From positions 3,744,001 to 3,808,000 of the forward strand of contig OZ244799.1 in assembly GCA_965219955.1 (NCBI GenBank): a DNA stretch of 64,000 nt, written 5' to 3'. The stretch comes from a bacterium. GTDB lineage: Bacteria > UBA8248. Below the pieces are notes generated by a model, which ran no database searches, was not told where the DNA came from, and saw only the letters and a program-made list of their open reading frames with translations. Of the stretch, positions 63,521 to 64,000 are shown in pieces (position 1 is the stretch's first letter; the number at the start of each line of letters is the position of its first letter). The position numbers and the translations under genes are program-made.

Positions 63521-64000
63521 ATGCCGAAAGTGAACCAGTTGTTCCTCGACACCGGGGATGACTTCCCGAGTCTCGAAATCCCCAGGGCGGGCGGCGGAAG
63601 GATCTCCCTGCCCGACGACTTGCTGGGTTCTTGGGGCGTCGTCATTTTCTACCGCAGCCACTGGTGACCCTACTGCCTCGCCCAGATGGCGGGATTCTCC
63701 CGGGTGGGAGAAAGACTCGAAGCAGAGGGCATCAAGGTCGTCGCGGCGTCCACCGACCCCGAGAATGAGGCGTTGCAGTCCATCGAAGAGAGCAAGGTGA
63801 ACTTTCCGGTGGGCCACAGCCTGGACCCCGCGCACATCTCCGAGGCGACGGGCGCTTTCTACGCACCCGAGGCGGGCGACAAGCCGAGGACGTTCCTCCA
63901 CGCCACCAACTTTCTGCTCTCGCCGGACGGCAAGGTGAACATCTCGCTCTACAGTTCGGGCCCGCTGGGGCGTCTCGTCTGGCAGGACGTCATCCAGGCC
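63521..64000 (+). CDS. Second peroxiredoxin-like selenoprotein, UxxC (Sec at codon 49, TGA 63665-63667), 3'-truncated by the window
   Basis: Manual translation: MPKVNQLFLDTGDDFPSL...WGVVIFYRSHW-U-PYCLAQ...VVAASTD...VNFPVGHS...YSSGPLGRLVWQDV. Paralogue of 62859-63359 with TGA at the same codon; absent from the ORF track. Confidence 0.9.

Overview
GC-rich bacterial chromosomal segment, probably from a deep-branching lineage; the 16S looks Nitrospinota/Deltaproteobacteria-like by eye, but this is not verified. It holds one complete rRNA operon (16S-tRNA-Ile-tRNA-Ala-23S-5S, about 35.3-40.8 kb) and about 45 mostly metabolic or transport CDS. These include two hydantoinase/oxoprolinase A+B pairs, a Liv-type and a sugar-type ABC transporter, gpmI, amtB, hflKC, nucleoside hydrolase plus ribokinase, a TonB-dependent receptor and an Mrr nuclease. 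Three signals are not explained by the ORF track. (1) Four genes are split at an in-frame TGA that sits exactly at a redox-Cys position, so they are probable selenoproteins: a UGSC-family/GrdB-like protein in an operon with a Cys-rich partner and a class III CoA-transferase; an AhpD-like CxxU protein followed by a Cys-less paralogue; and two tandem peroxiredoxin-like UxxC proteins. Three of the four have SECIS-like hairpins at canonical distance. (2) A 650-bp gap between convergent genes (60.9-61.6 kb) holds two tandem pairs of NrdR-box-like sites, three DnaA boxes and a near-consensus sigma70 promoter. The promoter points into about 300 nt with no credible ORF, ending at a terminator: a candidate replication/dNTP-coupled ncRNA or titration locus. 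(3) At least seven intergenic islands are bounded by GTTGAAAAA...TTTTTCAAC ends and carry shuffled REP/REPIN modules. Separately, the mrr gene is bracketed by an inverted pair of GTAG-type REPs.
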